From positions 1-55,451 of the IMG/VR virus record IMGVR_UViG_3300045988_024504: 55,451 bases of DNA; one strand, given 5' to 3'. The notes beneath the pieces were generated by a model. That model saw nothing but the letters and a program-made list of their open reading frames with translations. It was not told where the DNA came from and did no database searches. Source of the stretch: a virus. The position numbers and the translations under genes are program-made. Positions 1 to 7,353 of the stretch are shown here, piece after piece. Within the stretch, counting starts at the first letter, position 1, and each line of letters opens with the position of its first letter.

Positions 1-99
1 CTCAATGCTTTACGTCTCGTGCGCTTTTGCTCGCACGAGACATCTCTTTTACATTGTGTGCAATATTTTTTGCGTGGGTTTACCCTACCCAAAAAAAAC
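1..99. repeat. Terminal direct repeat, copy 1 (identical to 55353..55451)
   Basis: All 99 nt are identical to the last 99 nt of the window. This implies a circular or terminally redundant unit of about 55,352 bp. Confidence 0.95.
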
Positions 100-140
100 T
101 CCGCAGCGCTCGCAATATTTAATCTCCATCTTCATTCGCT

Positions 141-296
141 TTACCCGCTTTTTTTGGCTTCCCGATTGTGACGTTCAAAGCACTGGTTGATGGATTTCTC
201 CATCCACAGCACTTTGTTGGCATCGTTTCTGGATACGCCAGTAGCCATTGCCAGCTTTAGTCTGCGCTTGCGACTTTGTGCTTTACGAAATTTCAT
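141..296 (-). CDS. Small basic protein, 51 aa, hypothetical
   Basis: Read manually because it is below the 60-aa track cutoff: MKFRKAQSRKRRLKLAMATGVSRNDANKVLWMEK... The ATG overlaps the upstream stop (TAATG). Confidence 0.35.
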   Translation of the reverse strand: MKFRKAQSRKRRLKLAMATGVSRNDANKVLWMEKSINQCFERHNREAKKSG

Positions 297-670
297 TACC
301 AGCACTCACCAGCCTTATCCGTGATGAACTTCGGCACTTCCTTGCCTGTGGCAATGCACAGCGCAACTAGCTTTTCGACCCAGATGTCAAACAGGCTTTC
401 TTTTGGCATATAGCACTGGCCAACGCAAGGCTCCTTAAAACTTGTCCAGATCGTCAGGCCGACAGCACCATCCGTGACCGTCCATATCATACTGTAGCCT
501 TCATTGCACAGGTTGTGCAAAATGTCTCGTGCTCTGCTTTTGGCTTCGTTGATTTCAAAGGCATCCCAGCGCTTTTTGCTTTCTTCGTAGGCCTTGACCG
601 CCTCGTCAATGGCGTGGTGCGCTTCGTTCGGGTGTTCAAGGTCTACCTTTAAGGTGATAATCTGCTCCAT
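296..670 (-). CDS. Hypothetical protein, 124 aa
   Basis: ORF-track frame. It starts 3 nt after the stop of the Cro-like gene, so the two are probably co-transcribed. No motif recognised. Confidence 0.6.
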   Translation of the reverse strand: MEQIITLKVDLEHPNEAHHAIDEAVKAYEESKKRWDAFEINEAKSRARDILHNLCNEGYSMIWTVTDGAVGLTIWTSFKEPCVGQCYMPKESLFDIWVEKLVALCIATGKEVPKFITDKAGECW

Positions 671-672
671 GT

Positions 673-891
673 TCAGTCCTCCTTCTGCTCGATTTCAAGA
701 ATCTTGCAGATGCTCTGGATAATCTTCTCCGGCTTTCGCTCGCCACGAAGAATCTTGTAGAGGTACGAATCATCAAGGAACAATCCAGTATCGCTTTGAA
801 CCGCCTGAATCAGCTCCGTTTGCTTCATACCTCGCTGCAACAGCTTCATCTTCACTTCCAGCTCAAAGCCAGAACGGAAGTTTTCTTTCAA
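673..891 (-). CDS. Cro-like XRE-family helix-turn-helix regulator, 72 aa
   Basis: The HTH-like segment is MKQTELIQAVQSDTGLFLDDSYLYKILRG. A TTG start follows GGAGGTGG. The gene is divergent from a second HTH gene across an operator-rich spacer. Confidence 0.7.
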   Translation of the reverse strand: MKENFRSGFELEVKMKLLQRGMKQTELIQAVQSDTGLFLDDSYLYKILRGERKPEKIIQSICKILEIEQKED

Positions 892-918
892 AATTCCACC
901 TCCATTTGCTAAAATCTA

Positions 919-947
919 TTGACAAGTACGGAAAGCTGTACTAATAT
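919..947 (+). promoter_or_regulatory. Sigma-70-type promoter (distal, rightward): TTGACA-17-TAATAT
   Basis: The -35 is at 919..924 and the -10 at 942..947. The spacer is filled by operator O1. Confidence 0.55.
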
Positions 948-1050
948 AAGGGTGTAGAGAGTTTATATTGTACAGCGTTCTGTACTGCCTATGTCTGTAT
1001 TATAGTACAGACATCTGTACAAGTCAACTTTTTTGTACAAAATTCTGTGC
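926..1050. promoter_or_regulatory. Four 16-bp palindromic operators, consensus GTACAG-N4-CTGTAC
   Basis: O1 926..941 gtacggaaagctgtac. O2 970..985 gtacagcgttctgtac. O3 1005..1020 gtacagacatctgtac. O4 1035..1050 gtacaaaattctgtgc. Confidence 0.75.
999..1027 (-). promoter_or_regulatory. Sigma-70-type promoter (leftward, early operon): TTGACT-17-TATAAT
   Basis: On the minus strand the -35 is at 1022..1027 and the -10 at 999..1004. O3 occupies the spacer. Confidence 0.6.
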
Positions 1051-1061
1051 ATTTGTATACT
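1033..1061 (+). promoter_or_regulatory. Sigma-70-type promoter (proximal, rightward): TTGTAC-17-TATACT
   Basis: The -35 is at 1033..1038 and the -10 at 1056..1061. It overlaps O4 and sits back-to-back with the leftward promoter. Confidence 0.5.
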
Positions 1062-1084
1062 TGCACAAATATGGGAGCATTCTT

Positions 1085-1414
1085 ATGTCGGACTTGTACA
1101 GCAACATCCATGCACTCTGCGAAAAAGAGGGCATCAAAGACGGAACTCTTTGCAGCAAAATTGGGATTCGCCGCAGTTTTCTTTCTGAATTGAAAGCCGG
1201 AAGAACCAAAAGCCTGTCCACAGAGGTTCTTTCTAAGATTGCAGCTTATTTCAACGTATCGGTCGACTACCTTCTTACTGGCAACCAAAAAGAAAACCCG
1301 CTCCAGCAGCCGCAAAGTGAAGTCGATGCAGCAGTGGAGCGGATTAGAAGAAAACTTGAATCTATGCCGAAGGAACAGCGTGAAGCGCTGATGAACCTGA
1401 TCGAAAAGATGTAA
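1085..1414 (+). CDS. cI-like XRE-family HTH repressor, 109 aa, no peptidase domain
   Basis: MSDLYSNIHALCEKEGIKDGTLCSKIGIRRSFLSELKAGRTKSLSTEVLSKIAAYFNVSVDYLL is a classic XRE HTH. GGGAG lies 6 nt upstream of the ATG at 1085. The track start at 968 is rejected. Confidence 0.8.
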   Translation: MSDLYSNIHALCEKEGIKDGTLCSKIGIRRSFLSELKAGRTKSLSTEVLSKIAAYFNVSVDYLLTGNQKENPLQQPQSEVDAAVERIRRKLESMPKEQREALMNLIEKM

Positions 1415-1438
1415 CGTTCATGCCCGGTAAAATAAAAG

Positions 1439-1488
1439 AATCCCTTGTGCCGGGCTGGTATAGCTCTGCGCAAGGGATTTTCTGTTAT
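1439..1488. terminator. Bidirectional rho-independent terminator between convergent genes
   Basis: The stem is aatcccttg / caagggatt (1439..1447 with 1471..1479). It is flanked by an A-run on one side and a T-run on the other. An alternative stem gcccgg/ccgggc (1422..1455) overlaps it. Confidence 0.5.
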
Positions 1489-1586
1489 TCCAGGTCTAGC
1501 GCTTGTTCTGCTGCCGGAATCTTTTCAGGGTGTTCCAGCAGCCATGCAATAAATCGGTCAATCTTGGCTCTTTCCTGTTCACTCAT
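1485..1586 (-). CDS. 33-aa peptide gene, hypothetical
   Basis: Read manually: MSEQERAKIDRFIAWLLEHPEKIPAAEQALDLE. GGGAGGA lies 9 nt upstream. It has its own strong promoter and terminator. Confidence 0.4.
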   Translation of the reverse strand: MSEQERAKIDRFIAWLLEHPEKIPAAEQALDLE

Positions 1587-1633
1587 TGTGGCATATCCTC
1601 CCGATCGGTAAGTGCAGATGTTCATTTGATACG

Positions 1634-1661
1634 ATTATACACCTTCTAGTTGTCAAGTCAA
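1634..1661 (-). promoter_or_regulatory. Sigma-70-type promoter TTGACT-16-TATAAT for the 33-aa ORF
   Basis: On the minus strand the -35 is at 1656..1661 and the -10 at 1634..1639. Confidence 0.55.
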
Positions 1662-1777
1662 TGTATTTTGAACAACTTCGTAAAAATCGAACATTTTCTT
1701 CACATCCATTACTTCACATCGGGGAAGCCGCGAGTGTTCAAATCAAAAGGGGCAGCGCCTATCCATCTTTCCTCCAA

Positions 1778-1981
1778 TCACAGCTCTACGAGCTGTCCGT
1801 CAATGCGTTCGATGTTGTCTGCCGGGTCGCGTCCATCGTCTAAGGCGGCTACGGCACGTTCCAGAACGTTTTTTGCTTCTTCATAAGCAAACTTATCTGC
1901 ATTGTTGTTTGCAAGGTTGTAGACCAGTTTTAAAGCGGTCTGGCGGGCATAGGGAATGAGCATGGTGTCAATCTGGTTCAT
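1778..1981 (-). CDS. Hypothetical protein, 67 aa
   Basis: ORF-track frame with GGGAGGG upstream of the ATG. A possible 23-aa leader ORF (1985..2056) precedes it. Confidence 0.5.
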   Translation of the reverse strand: MNQIDTMLIPYARQTALKLVYNLANNNADKFAYEEAKNVLERAVAALDDGRDPADNIERIDGQLVEL

Positions 1982-2198
1982 ACACTAACCCTCCCACGGT
2001 TTCGGCGTTTTGTTTTCGTTCGGTTCAGATGCGGGCATTCCGTCGATGATAATCATATTGTTACTTCCTGTTTTGATTGTTTTTTCGATGGTACAGTTAT
2101 AACACAGGCTGCTGTTGGTTCTCCATAGCAGCTTTTTCCATTTTTTGGCTTGTCGAATCCAGCAGTTTTGCCGGATTTTGTTGAAAGGGTGAGAATTT

Positions 2199-2792
2199 AT
2201 GGACGAATATTTGGTAAGAACAGCCAAAGCATTAGAGATAGCTCGAATGCGTTCCGGCTTGAGCCAGCAGAAGTTGGCGGCACGAATGGGCGTAAATCGT
2301 GGCACGGTCGCCAACTGGGAGCAAGGTCTGGCAGCCATCTCCCTTCCGATGGCTATGCGCTGGTTCACCTGCTGCGGCGTATCGGCGGCTCGATACATAG
2401 ACGCTTGCATTCATCCGGGGCTCCTTGAGCACCTTGAGGATGACCTTTCCGATATGAGAAAACGTCAGATTCTCATAGATGCTATGATGGAGTGCTCCTC
2501 CTATGAGATAGATGCCTTGCTGTACATCCGGTACGGAGATCACGGTTCAGACCATATCGGCGTGCTGACGGAGATTCTGGCAAACCTCCACACGCCGTTG
2601 AAGGACAGGGTCGCTGTTTGCCGGATGGTGTCTGGTAGCTATGAGATGGCGCAGGCTACTGGAACAGATCCAGACCCGAACGGAACCGCCCCAAAGATGG
2701 AGATTCTATATCAGGCACAAGATGCTGGAACGGAAGCTGCCATGAAGTCCAACGATTCCTATACCGTGAATCCAAATAATATAAGCGGCTGA
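2199..2792 (+). CDS. XRE-family HTH domain protein, 197 aa (third regulator)
   Basis: The N-terminus LEIARMRSGLSQQKLAARMGVNRGTVANWEQG is a typical HTH_3 motif. The C-terminal 130 aa are not recognised. Confidence 0.75.
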   Translation: MDEYLVRTAKALEIARMRSGLSQQKLAARMGVNRGTVANWEQGLAAISLPMAMRWFTCCGVSAARYIDACIHPGLLEHLEDDLSDMRKRQILIDAMMECSSYEIDALLYIRYGDHGSDHIGVLTEILANLHTPLKDRVAVCRMVSGSYEMAQATGTDPDPNGTAPKMEILYQAQDAGTEAAMKSNDSYTVNPNNISG

Positions 2793-2820
2793 TTGTCGAA
2801 TTATCGAAGTTTTTACGGTA

Positions 2821-3026
2821 TATAGGGGGACGTGCTCCACTTTATGTACACAATAGGCCTGTTATAAATATGGCTTTGGGTTGTCATTTTGTCCCCCATA
2901 GGCTCGTAAATGGCAGATTTTCAAGGATGTAATTAACGAGTTTGCGTGAAATTTTCGTTCATCAGAGCGTGACTTGTCAATTCGTCCCCTATTGGTGTGA
3001 TTGCACTCCATTTTCTGTACACGATA
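2821..3026. repeat. Origin-flanking repeats: two inverted iteron copies plus three GTCCCC(C)TAT(A/T)GG motifs
   Basis: Inverted iterons lie at 2834..2851 and 3004..3026. TTGTCAnnnnGTCCCC(C)TAt(a/t)GG occurs at 2881..2902 and 2975..2995, with an inverted core at 2821..2831. Confidence 0.7.
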
Positions 3027-3201
3027 GAACCGTCAGGTAGATTATAGGGCTTGATGGACGTTTCTTATTCAGCAAAAGAAGTTGTCGTTTTCCACAATCT
3101 TCCCATTAAAGAGAAGAAATTGTTGAAAATGTATCGTCGTCACTATTTGATGATGATTATTTATCTCTTGTTTATTTCTTGTTTATATATATAGTAAGAA
3201 C

Positions 3202-3307
3202 GTGTACAAAAAGTGGAGCATTGTGTACATAAAGTGGAGCATTGTGTACATAAAGTGGAGTGTATCGTGTACAAAAAGTGGAGTATCGTGTACAGAATGT
3301 GGAAGTC
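3202..3307 (+). repeat. Five tandem 20-23-bp iterons (GTGTACAnAAAGTGGAG...), oriV of the Rep_3-type replicon
   Basis: Units start at 3202, 3223, 3244, 3267 and 3288. An A/T-rich stretch at 3155..3200 lies immediately upstream. Partial copies at 3326 and 3345 overlap the rep promoter. Confidence 0.85.
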
Positions 3308-3338
3308 GATTGTTGAAAAATAATTGTGTACAAAATCA

Positions 3339-3367
3339 TTGACGTGTACACGATACAATGATATAAT
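3339..3367 (+). promoter_or_regulatory. rep promoter TTGACG-17-TATAAT overlapping partial iterons
   Basis: The -35 is at 3339..3344 and the -10 at 3362..3367. GTGTACAC lies in the spacer, which suggests autoregulation. Confidence 0.6.
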
Positions 3368-3392
3368 AGGGTGGAAGAAATGAGGTGATGCA

Positions 3393-4487
3393 ATGCCAGA
3401 ATTGACAGGGAACAACCTTGTCGAAAAGAGCAAGGCATTGGTTTGGGCGAAGTTTACGGACTACACAGCAGGCGAGCTTCGGCTGCTTGAGGTCTATCTG
3501 AGCCGTATCAATCCGAGAGACCCCGAAAGCTCTAACGTGTCGTTTACGCTGGCTGAATATTGCAAGCTGCTGGATTTGAAGCTAAATTCAAAGAACTTGA
3601 AGTCGCAGGTTAAGCACTTTTTGGGCAACGTGGTTTCAGTACCGCTGAATGCAGATGGAACAGAATATGTGATGTATCCGCTGTTCACAAAGGCAGAGGT
3701 CAAGTTCAATCGAGAATCCTTGTCCTATGACGTTTCAATCAACTGTAATCCTGACTTGCGGCCTGTGTTTTTCGACATTGCAAGAAGCGGCTACGTCAAA
3801 TACCGTCTGCGCTATACGATTGGGATGAAGCAGCAAGCATCTATTCTGATGTACAGCATGATTCGGGATTGGATGAATCGCTCTCTAACATCGAACAAGA
3901 TTGGTTTGAAGCAGCTGCGTGACCACTTGGGGGCAAACGATGCAAGTTATGACGACTTCCGGGCTTTACGCCGCAGAGTTCTTGAACCAGCAGTGGAAGA
4001 GATCAGCAATGTTTCAGACATTGTCGTTGACTTTGAGAAGATTTGCACAGGGCGAAAGGTCGTAGCGGTCGAGTTTCGATTCGGGTACAAATCCAAGCAG
4101 CCCGTCATAGATGCCGATTCTAGCGAGGTTGATTGTGAAGCGGATAATTCCAAGCCGGAAATCAAAAAAGCCACAAGAAAGCCCCGCACAAGCGGATACG
4201 AAGGGTACGACTGGTCTGTGTGCGATGCTCTATCCGTTCAAGAGTGCATCGCGGTTGCAAAGGTTGTCGAGGTAAAGATGATGGAAGAACACCCATCTAT
4301 CAAGCTGCCGAAGCGGAGAGATGCGGTCTATGATATCGTAAAGGCTGCGTGTGCGGATATTCTTTCAATCAACCGTGACCCTTGGCCTGACCATCCGAAG
4401 CGGTATCTGATTGGTAGCTTGAAGAAAGACGGCGCGATTGAAGAGTATCTTCCGGCATTTTATGAGATTGACGCACTGCAAAATTAA
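3393..4487 (+). CDS. Rep_3-like iteron-binding plasmid replication initiator, 364 aa
   Basis: The N-terminus NNLVEKSKALVWAKFTDYTAGELRLLEVYLSRI resembles the Rep_3 signature. GAGGTGA precedes the ATG. The gene is adjacent to the iteron array. Confidence 0.75.
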   Translation: MPELTGNNLVEKSKALVWAKFTDYTAGELRLLEVYLSRINPRDPESSNVSFTLAEYCKLLDLKLNSKNLKSQVKHFLGNVVSVPLNADGTEYVMYPLFTKAEVKFNRESLSYDVSINCNPDLRPVFFDIARSGYVKYRLRYTIGMKQQASILMYSMIRDWMNRSLTSNKIGLKQLRDHLGANDASYDDFRALRRRVLEPAVEEISNVSDIVVDFEKICTGRKVVAVEFRFGYKSKQPVIDADSSEVDCEADNSKPEIKKATRKPRTSGYEGYDWSVCDALSVQECIAVAKVVEVKMMEEHPSIKLPKRRDAVYDIVKAACADILSINRDPWPDHPKRYLIGSLKKDGAIEEYLPAFYEIDALQN

Positions 4488-4520
4488 TCAGACATAGAAA
4501 ATAAAAGAAAGAGTGATAAA

Positions 4521-5285
4521 ATGGCAAAAATCATAGCTGTCGCTAATCAGAAGGGCGGCACAGGAAAGACTACCACAAGCACCTGTCTGGCCGGTGCGTT
4601 GCAGTTGCTTGGCAAGAAAGTCCTGCTGGTGGACTGCGATGCCCAGTGTAATGCAACGGACACCTACGGTGCACAGACAGAGAACGTATGCACCCTGTTT
4701 GACGTGATGACCCGGCAAGGCACGGTCGAAGAAGGAATCCAGCACTGCGAAGCTGGTGACATTCTGCCGTCTGACAGCGCATTGAAGGACATTGACGAGC
4801 AGCTTGTCCGGGACATGGGCAAGAATTTCCGACTGCGAGAGGCCCTTGAGAGCGTGTCTAGTCAGTATGATTACATTGTGCTGGACACTCCCCCGCAGCT
4901 CGGTCTTGCGCTTGTGAACGCGCTGATCGCCGCCAACAGCATCATCGTGCCCATCACAGCAGACCGATACGCACTGGCTGGTCTGAGCCAGCTTTCTCAG
5001 ACTATCGGCGATGTTCGCAGATACTTCAATCCGACTTTGAAGATTGAAGGTCTGCTTCTGAACCAGTACAAAAGCAGGGAGAACCTGTCCAAAGAGGTCG
5101 TGGAGCAGCTTCCTGTGATTGCACAGAACATGGGCACAACCCTGCTGGATGTGAAGATTAGACCGTCTATGGGCGTTCGTAAGGCGCAGGCAGAACGGCA
5201 CAGCCTGTTTAGCGGTGACACGGCGAAGAGCACCAGTGCAGAGGACTTTAAGGCGTTGGCGCAGATGATTGCGGAGGGAAAATAA
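4521..5285 (+). CDS. parA: ParA/Soj-type partition ATPase, 254 aa
   Basis: It has the deviant Walker A KGGTGKTT and VLLVDCDAQ. The small ParA lacks an N-terminal HTH (type Ib-like). Confidence 0.93.
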   Translation: MAKIIAVANQKGGTGKTTTSTCLAGALQLLGKKVLLVDCDAQCNATDTYGAQTENVCTLFDVMTRQGTVEEGIQHCEAGDILPSDSALKDIDEQLVRDMGKNFRLREALESVSSQYDYIVLDTPPQLGLALVNALIAANSIIVPITADRYALAGLSQLSQTIGDVRRYFNPTLKIEGLLLNQYKSRENLSKEVVEQLPVIAQNMGTTLLDVKIRPSMGVRKAQAERHSLFSGDTAKSTSAEDFKALAQMIAEGK

Positions 5286-5287
5286 AA

Positions 5288-5500
5288 ATGGCTAAAAAGA
5301 AAACTGAAAATGTTGTGCGTCCAATTGCACATTGGGAACAAGCAAATTACAGCTATATGGACTTAGACAACGGCGGCGTACGAGTAAAAGTGGACGGTAT
5401 TGGTTGCTCAAACTGCATGGCGAAGTTTAGGAAAAATTTTATGTGGGCAATCAATTTCTGCCCTAATTGTGGAGCGCGAATGGGGGCTGTAGAAGAATGA
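5288..5500 (+). CDS. Zn-ribbon protein, 70 aa
   Basis: CSNC...CPNC pairs are present. The ORF starts 3 nt after the parA stop and overlaps the next start (ATGA). Confidence 0.6.
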   Translation: MAKKKTENVVRPIAHWEQANYSYMDLDNGGVRVKVDGIGCSNCMAKFRKNFMWAINFCPNCGARMGAVEE

Positions 5501-6069
5501 AATCAACCAGCAAAAAATCCTCAGGCTTGCTTGGCGGGTTTGATTTTCAGCCTATTTTTTCGGAGCAGACATTAAGCCGAAGCGTGCCAAAGGAAGAAGA
5601 AGTAAGCCAAGCAAAGCCGAACGAAGCCGAGCAAGCACAGATTAAGCCTAGTGAAGCCACAGACAGCCATGCACAGCCTGATGAAGAACAGTTAATCAGT
5701 ATTAAGCCAAAGCAAGCCAAAGACAGCGAAACACAGCCAAATAATGCCGTGGTAAGCGAAAGTAAGCCGAAGAAGCTGAAACAGGCGAGGGAAGTTCAAC
5801 GTCTTATCGAACAGGGCGATGTTCCCGGCGCACTTGCCGAAGCTGGCTTGACAAGGAAAAAAATCCCGATGCCGGAATCGCATCAGGGCGTTGCAAGCGG
5901 CGATGGCAAGCGTTCAAAGCGCATTACCATCCTTATGAGCGAGGAAGAGCGCAAGTACATCAACCGTGAAGCTAGACGGCATGGGATGACGATTGGACAG
6001 TTCGTGTACGCTCTGGCGGTTGCAGCGGCAGAGGGAAAGATTGAGTTGGAGGATTTCTTGGAGGATTGA
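5497..6069 (+). CDS. Ribbon-helix-helix DNA-binding protein, candidate ParG/omega-type centromere binder (MobC-like RHH also possible)
   Basis: The C-terminus is KRITILMSEEERKYINREARRHGMTIGQFVYALAV. The N-terminal half is a 10-aa repeat. The gene is coupled to the parA operon. Confidence 0.6.
   Translation: MKSTSKKSSGLLGGFDFQPIFSEQTLSRSVPKEEEVSQAKPNEAEQAQIKPSEATDSHAQPDEEQLISIKPKQAKDSETQPNNAVVSESKPKKLKQAREVQRLIEQGDVPGALAEAGLTRKKIPMPESHQGVASGDGKRSKRITILMSEEERKYINREARRHGMTIGQFVYALAVAAAEGKIELEDFLED
5571..5770 (+). repeat. About 20 tandem 10-bp units with core (A/C)AGCC, candidate centromere array inside a CDS
   Basis: AAGCC starts at 5574, 5604, 5614, 5624, 5644, 5654, 5704, 5714 and 5764. CAGCC starts at 5664, 5674 and 5734. 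All are in one 10-bp register. Confidence 0.7.
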
Positions 6070-6122
6070 GGTATGTCGTGAAACACGATATACCTGTAAC
6101 CTGTATCTTCCGGTATTAGGTG

Positions 6123-6151
6123 TTGACTTTTAAGCACACAAATAGTATACT
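6123..6151 (+). promoter_or_regulatory. Promoter TTGACT-17-TATACT
   Basis: The -35 is at 6123..6128 and the -10 at 6146..6151, upstream of the small RHH ORF. A 12-bp imperfect inverted repeat lies at 6068..6094. Confidence 0.5.
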
Positions 6152-6181
6152 TAATGTGCGCTCAAAAGTGGAGGTGAACGC

Positions 6182-6355
6182 ATGAGTGCAAAAATGGGAA
6201 GACCAAAGCTGGAAAACCCGAACAGTGTTCGCACAAGCGTCCGTTTGGACGTGAATACTGACAAACAGCTTTCGGATTATTGCGAAAAAAACGGCATTTC
6301 TAAGGGAGAAGCCGTTCGTGAAGCTGTCCAGCAATGGCTTGAACATCAAAAATAA
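6182..6355 (+). CDS. CopG/Arc-type ribbon-helix-helix protein, 57 aa
   Basis: Read manually: MSAKMGRPKLENPNSVRTSVRLDVNTDKQLSDYCEKNGISKGEAVREAVQQWLEHQK. GGAGGTG lies 5 nt upstream. Confidence 0.6.
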   Translation: MSAKMGRPKLENPNSVRTSVRLDVNTDKQLSDYCEKNGISKGEAVREAVQQWLEHQK

Positions 6356-6489
6356 AAAATCCCCTAAACTGTTCGTAACTTGGCGGTCACCGGCAGTTTA
6401 AGGAATTACACTCCATGCGATTATGGGTGATAAATCCATTATATCATCTTCATAGTTGCATTACAAGCAAGATTTTTGTGGTAAAGCCA

Positions 6490-7353
6490 ATGAACATTCC
6501 AGCAACGAAAGAAGAGATTCTCGAAAATTTCAAGCAAAATAGCAACGGCCGTCCGCTCAACAAGGATGATTATGAGATTGCGGAAGCGTTATCTCGAATC
6601 ACTTACAAGGCGTATGAGGTCGGAATGGAAGATGCTAAACAGTTGTATATGGAGGATATGATGGATAACAAGAGATGTAACGCACTTCACGTTTTTAAGA
6701 ACAAGACCTTTGGTCAGCTCCGCACGATTGAAGAAGATGGTAAAATTCTTTTCTGTGCTTCTGACGTGGCAAAGGCACTTGGCTATACCAATGCACCGGA
6801 TGCAGTAAAACGCCATTGTCGGTATACTGTAAAACGCAGTACACCTCACCCGCAAGCAAAAGATAAGATGATTGAAGTAACTTTCATCCCAGAGGGCGAT
6901 GTTTACCGTCTTATCACCCACAGCAAGTTGCCCGGCGCAGAGAAGTTCGAGAGTTGGGTTTTCGATGATGTTCTTCCGTCTCTCCGCAAGAATGGCTATT
7001 ACAGCCTTGCCCCGCAGGAGAACAAGCCCGACACGCAGGACGATGCAATCTTGCAAGTGCTGATGAAGAACACGGAAGTCCTACAAGCCATCGTTCAGCA
7101 AAACCAGCAGATTATGATTGCTCTTACCAACCTGTCTGTCAACGATGCAAAGCACACGATGGAGATTCAACCTTACACTTCCCATCAGGGGCAGAAGGGT
7201 GACGGCAAACGTAGCAAGCGAATCACAATTCTTATGAGCGACAGCGAGCGGACGTTCGTTACGAGAGAAGCACGCAAGCACGGATTCACGGCAGGGGAGT
7301 ACATCTACAACCTGTCCGTTGCAGCATCGAAAGACCAGATTGACTTAGGATAA
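6490..7353 (+). CDS. Bro-N (antirepressor-type) domain protein with C-terminal RHH paralogous to 5497..6069
   Basis: The Bro-N signature is FGQLRTIEEDGKILFCASDVAKALGY...VYRLITHSKLPGAEKFESWVFDDVLPSLRKNGYY. The C-terminus is KRITILMSDSERTFVTREARKHGFTAGEYI. The start is uncertain (the track gives 6415). Confidence 0.75.
   Translation: MNIPATKEEILENFKQNSNGRPLNKDDYEIAEALSRITYKAYEVGMEDAKQLYMEDMMDNKRCNALHVFKNKTFGQLRTIEEDGKILFCASDVAKALGYTNAPDAVKRHCRYTVKRSTPHPQAKDKMIEVTFIPEGDVYRLITHSKLPGAEKFESWVFDDVLPSLRKNGYYSLAPQENKPDTQDDAILQVLMKNTEVLQAIVQQNQQIMIALTNLSVNDAKHTMEIQPYTSHQGQKGDGKRSKRITILMSDSERTFVTREARKHGFTAGEYIYNLSVAASKDQIDLG

Noticed and set aside
1985-2410. 141-aa minus-strand track ORF overlapping the 2199..2792 HTH gene
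   Set aside because: Most of it is antisense to a well-supported HTH gene. Only its last 23 codons (1985..2056, MIIIDGMPASEPNENKTPKPWEG, with a ribosome-binding site) might be a leader peptide, and that is too short to call.
3202-3307. Tandem 21-23-bp repeats that superficially resemble a CRISPR array
   Set aside because: The repeats are contiguous and have no spacers. They sit next to an A/T-rich stretch and directly upstream of a Rep_3-like gene, so they are iterons. The same reasoning applies to the AATAGTCG cluster at 39713..39933.
5571-5770. The 10-aa peptide repeat alone as the explanation for the AAGCC periodicity
   Set aside because: A peptide repeat would give a 30-nt period in one codon phase. 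Here the core recurs every 10 nt in all three phases, so a DNA-level 10-mer is the simpler description. A peptide-only explanation is therefore rejected, although the linker may also have a protein-level role.
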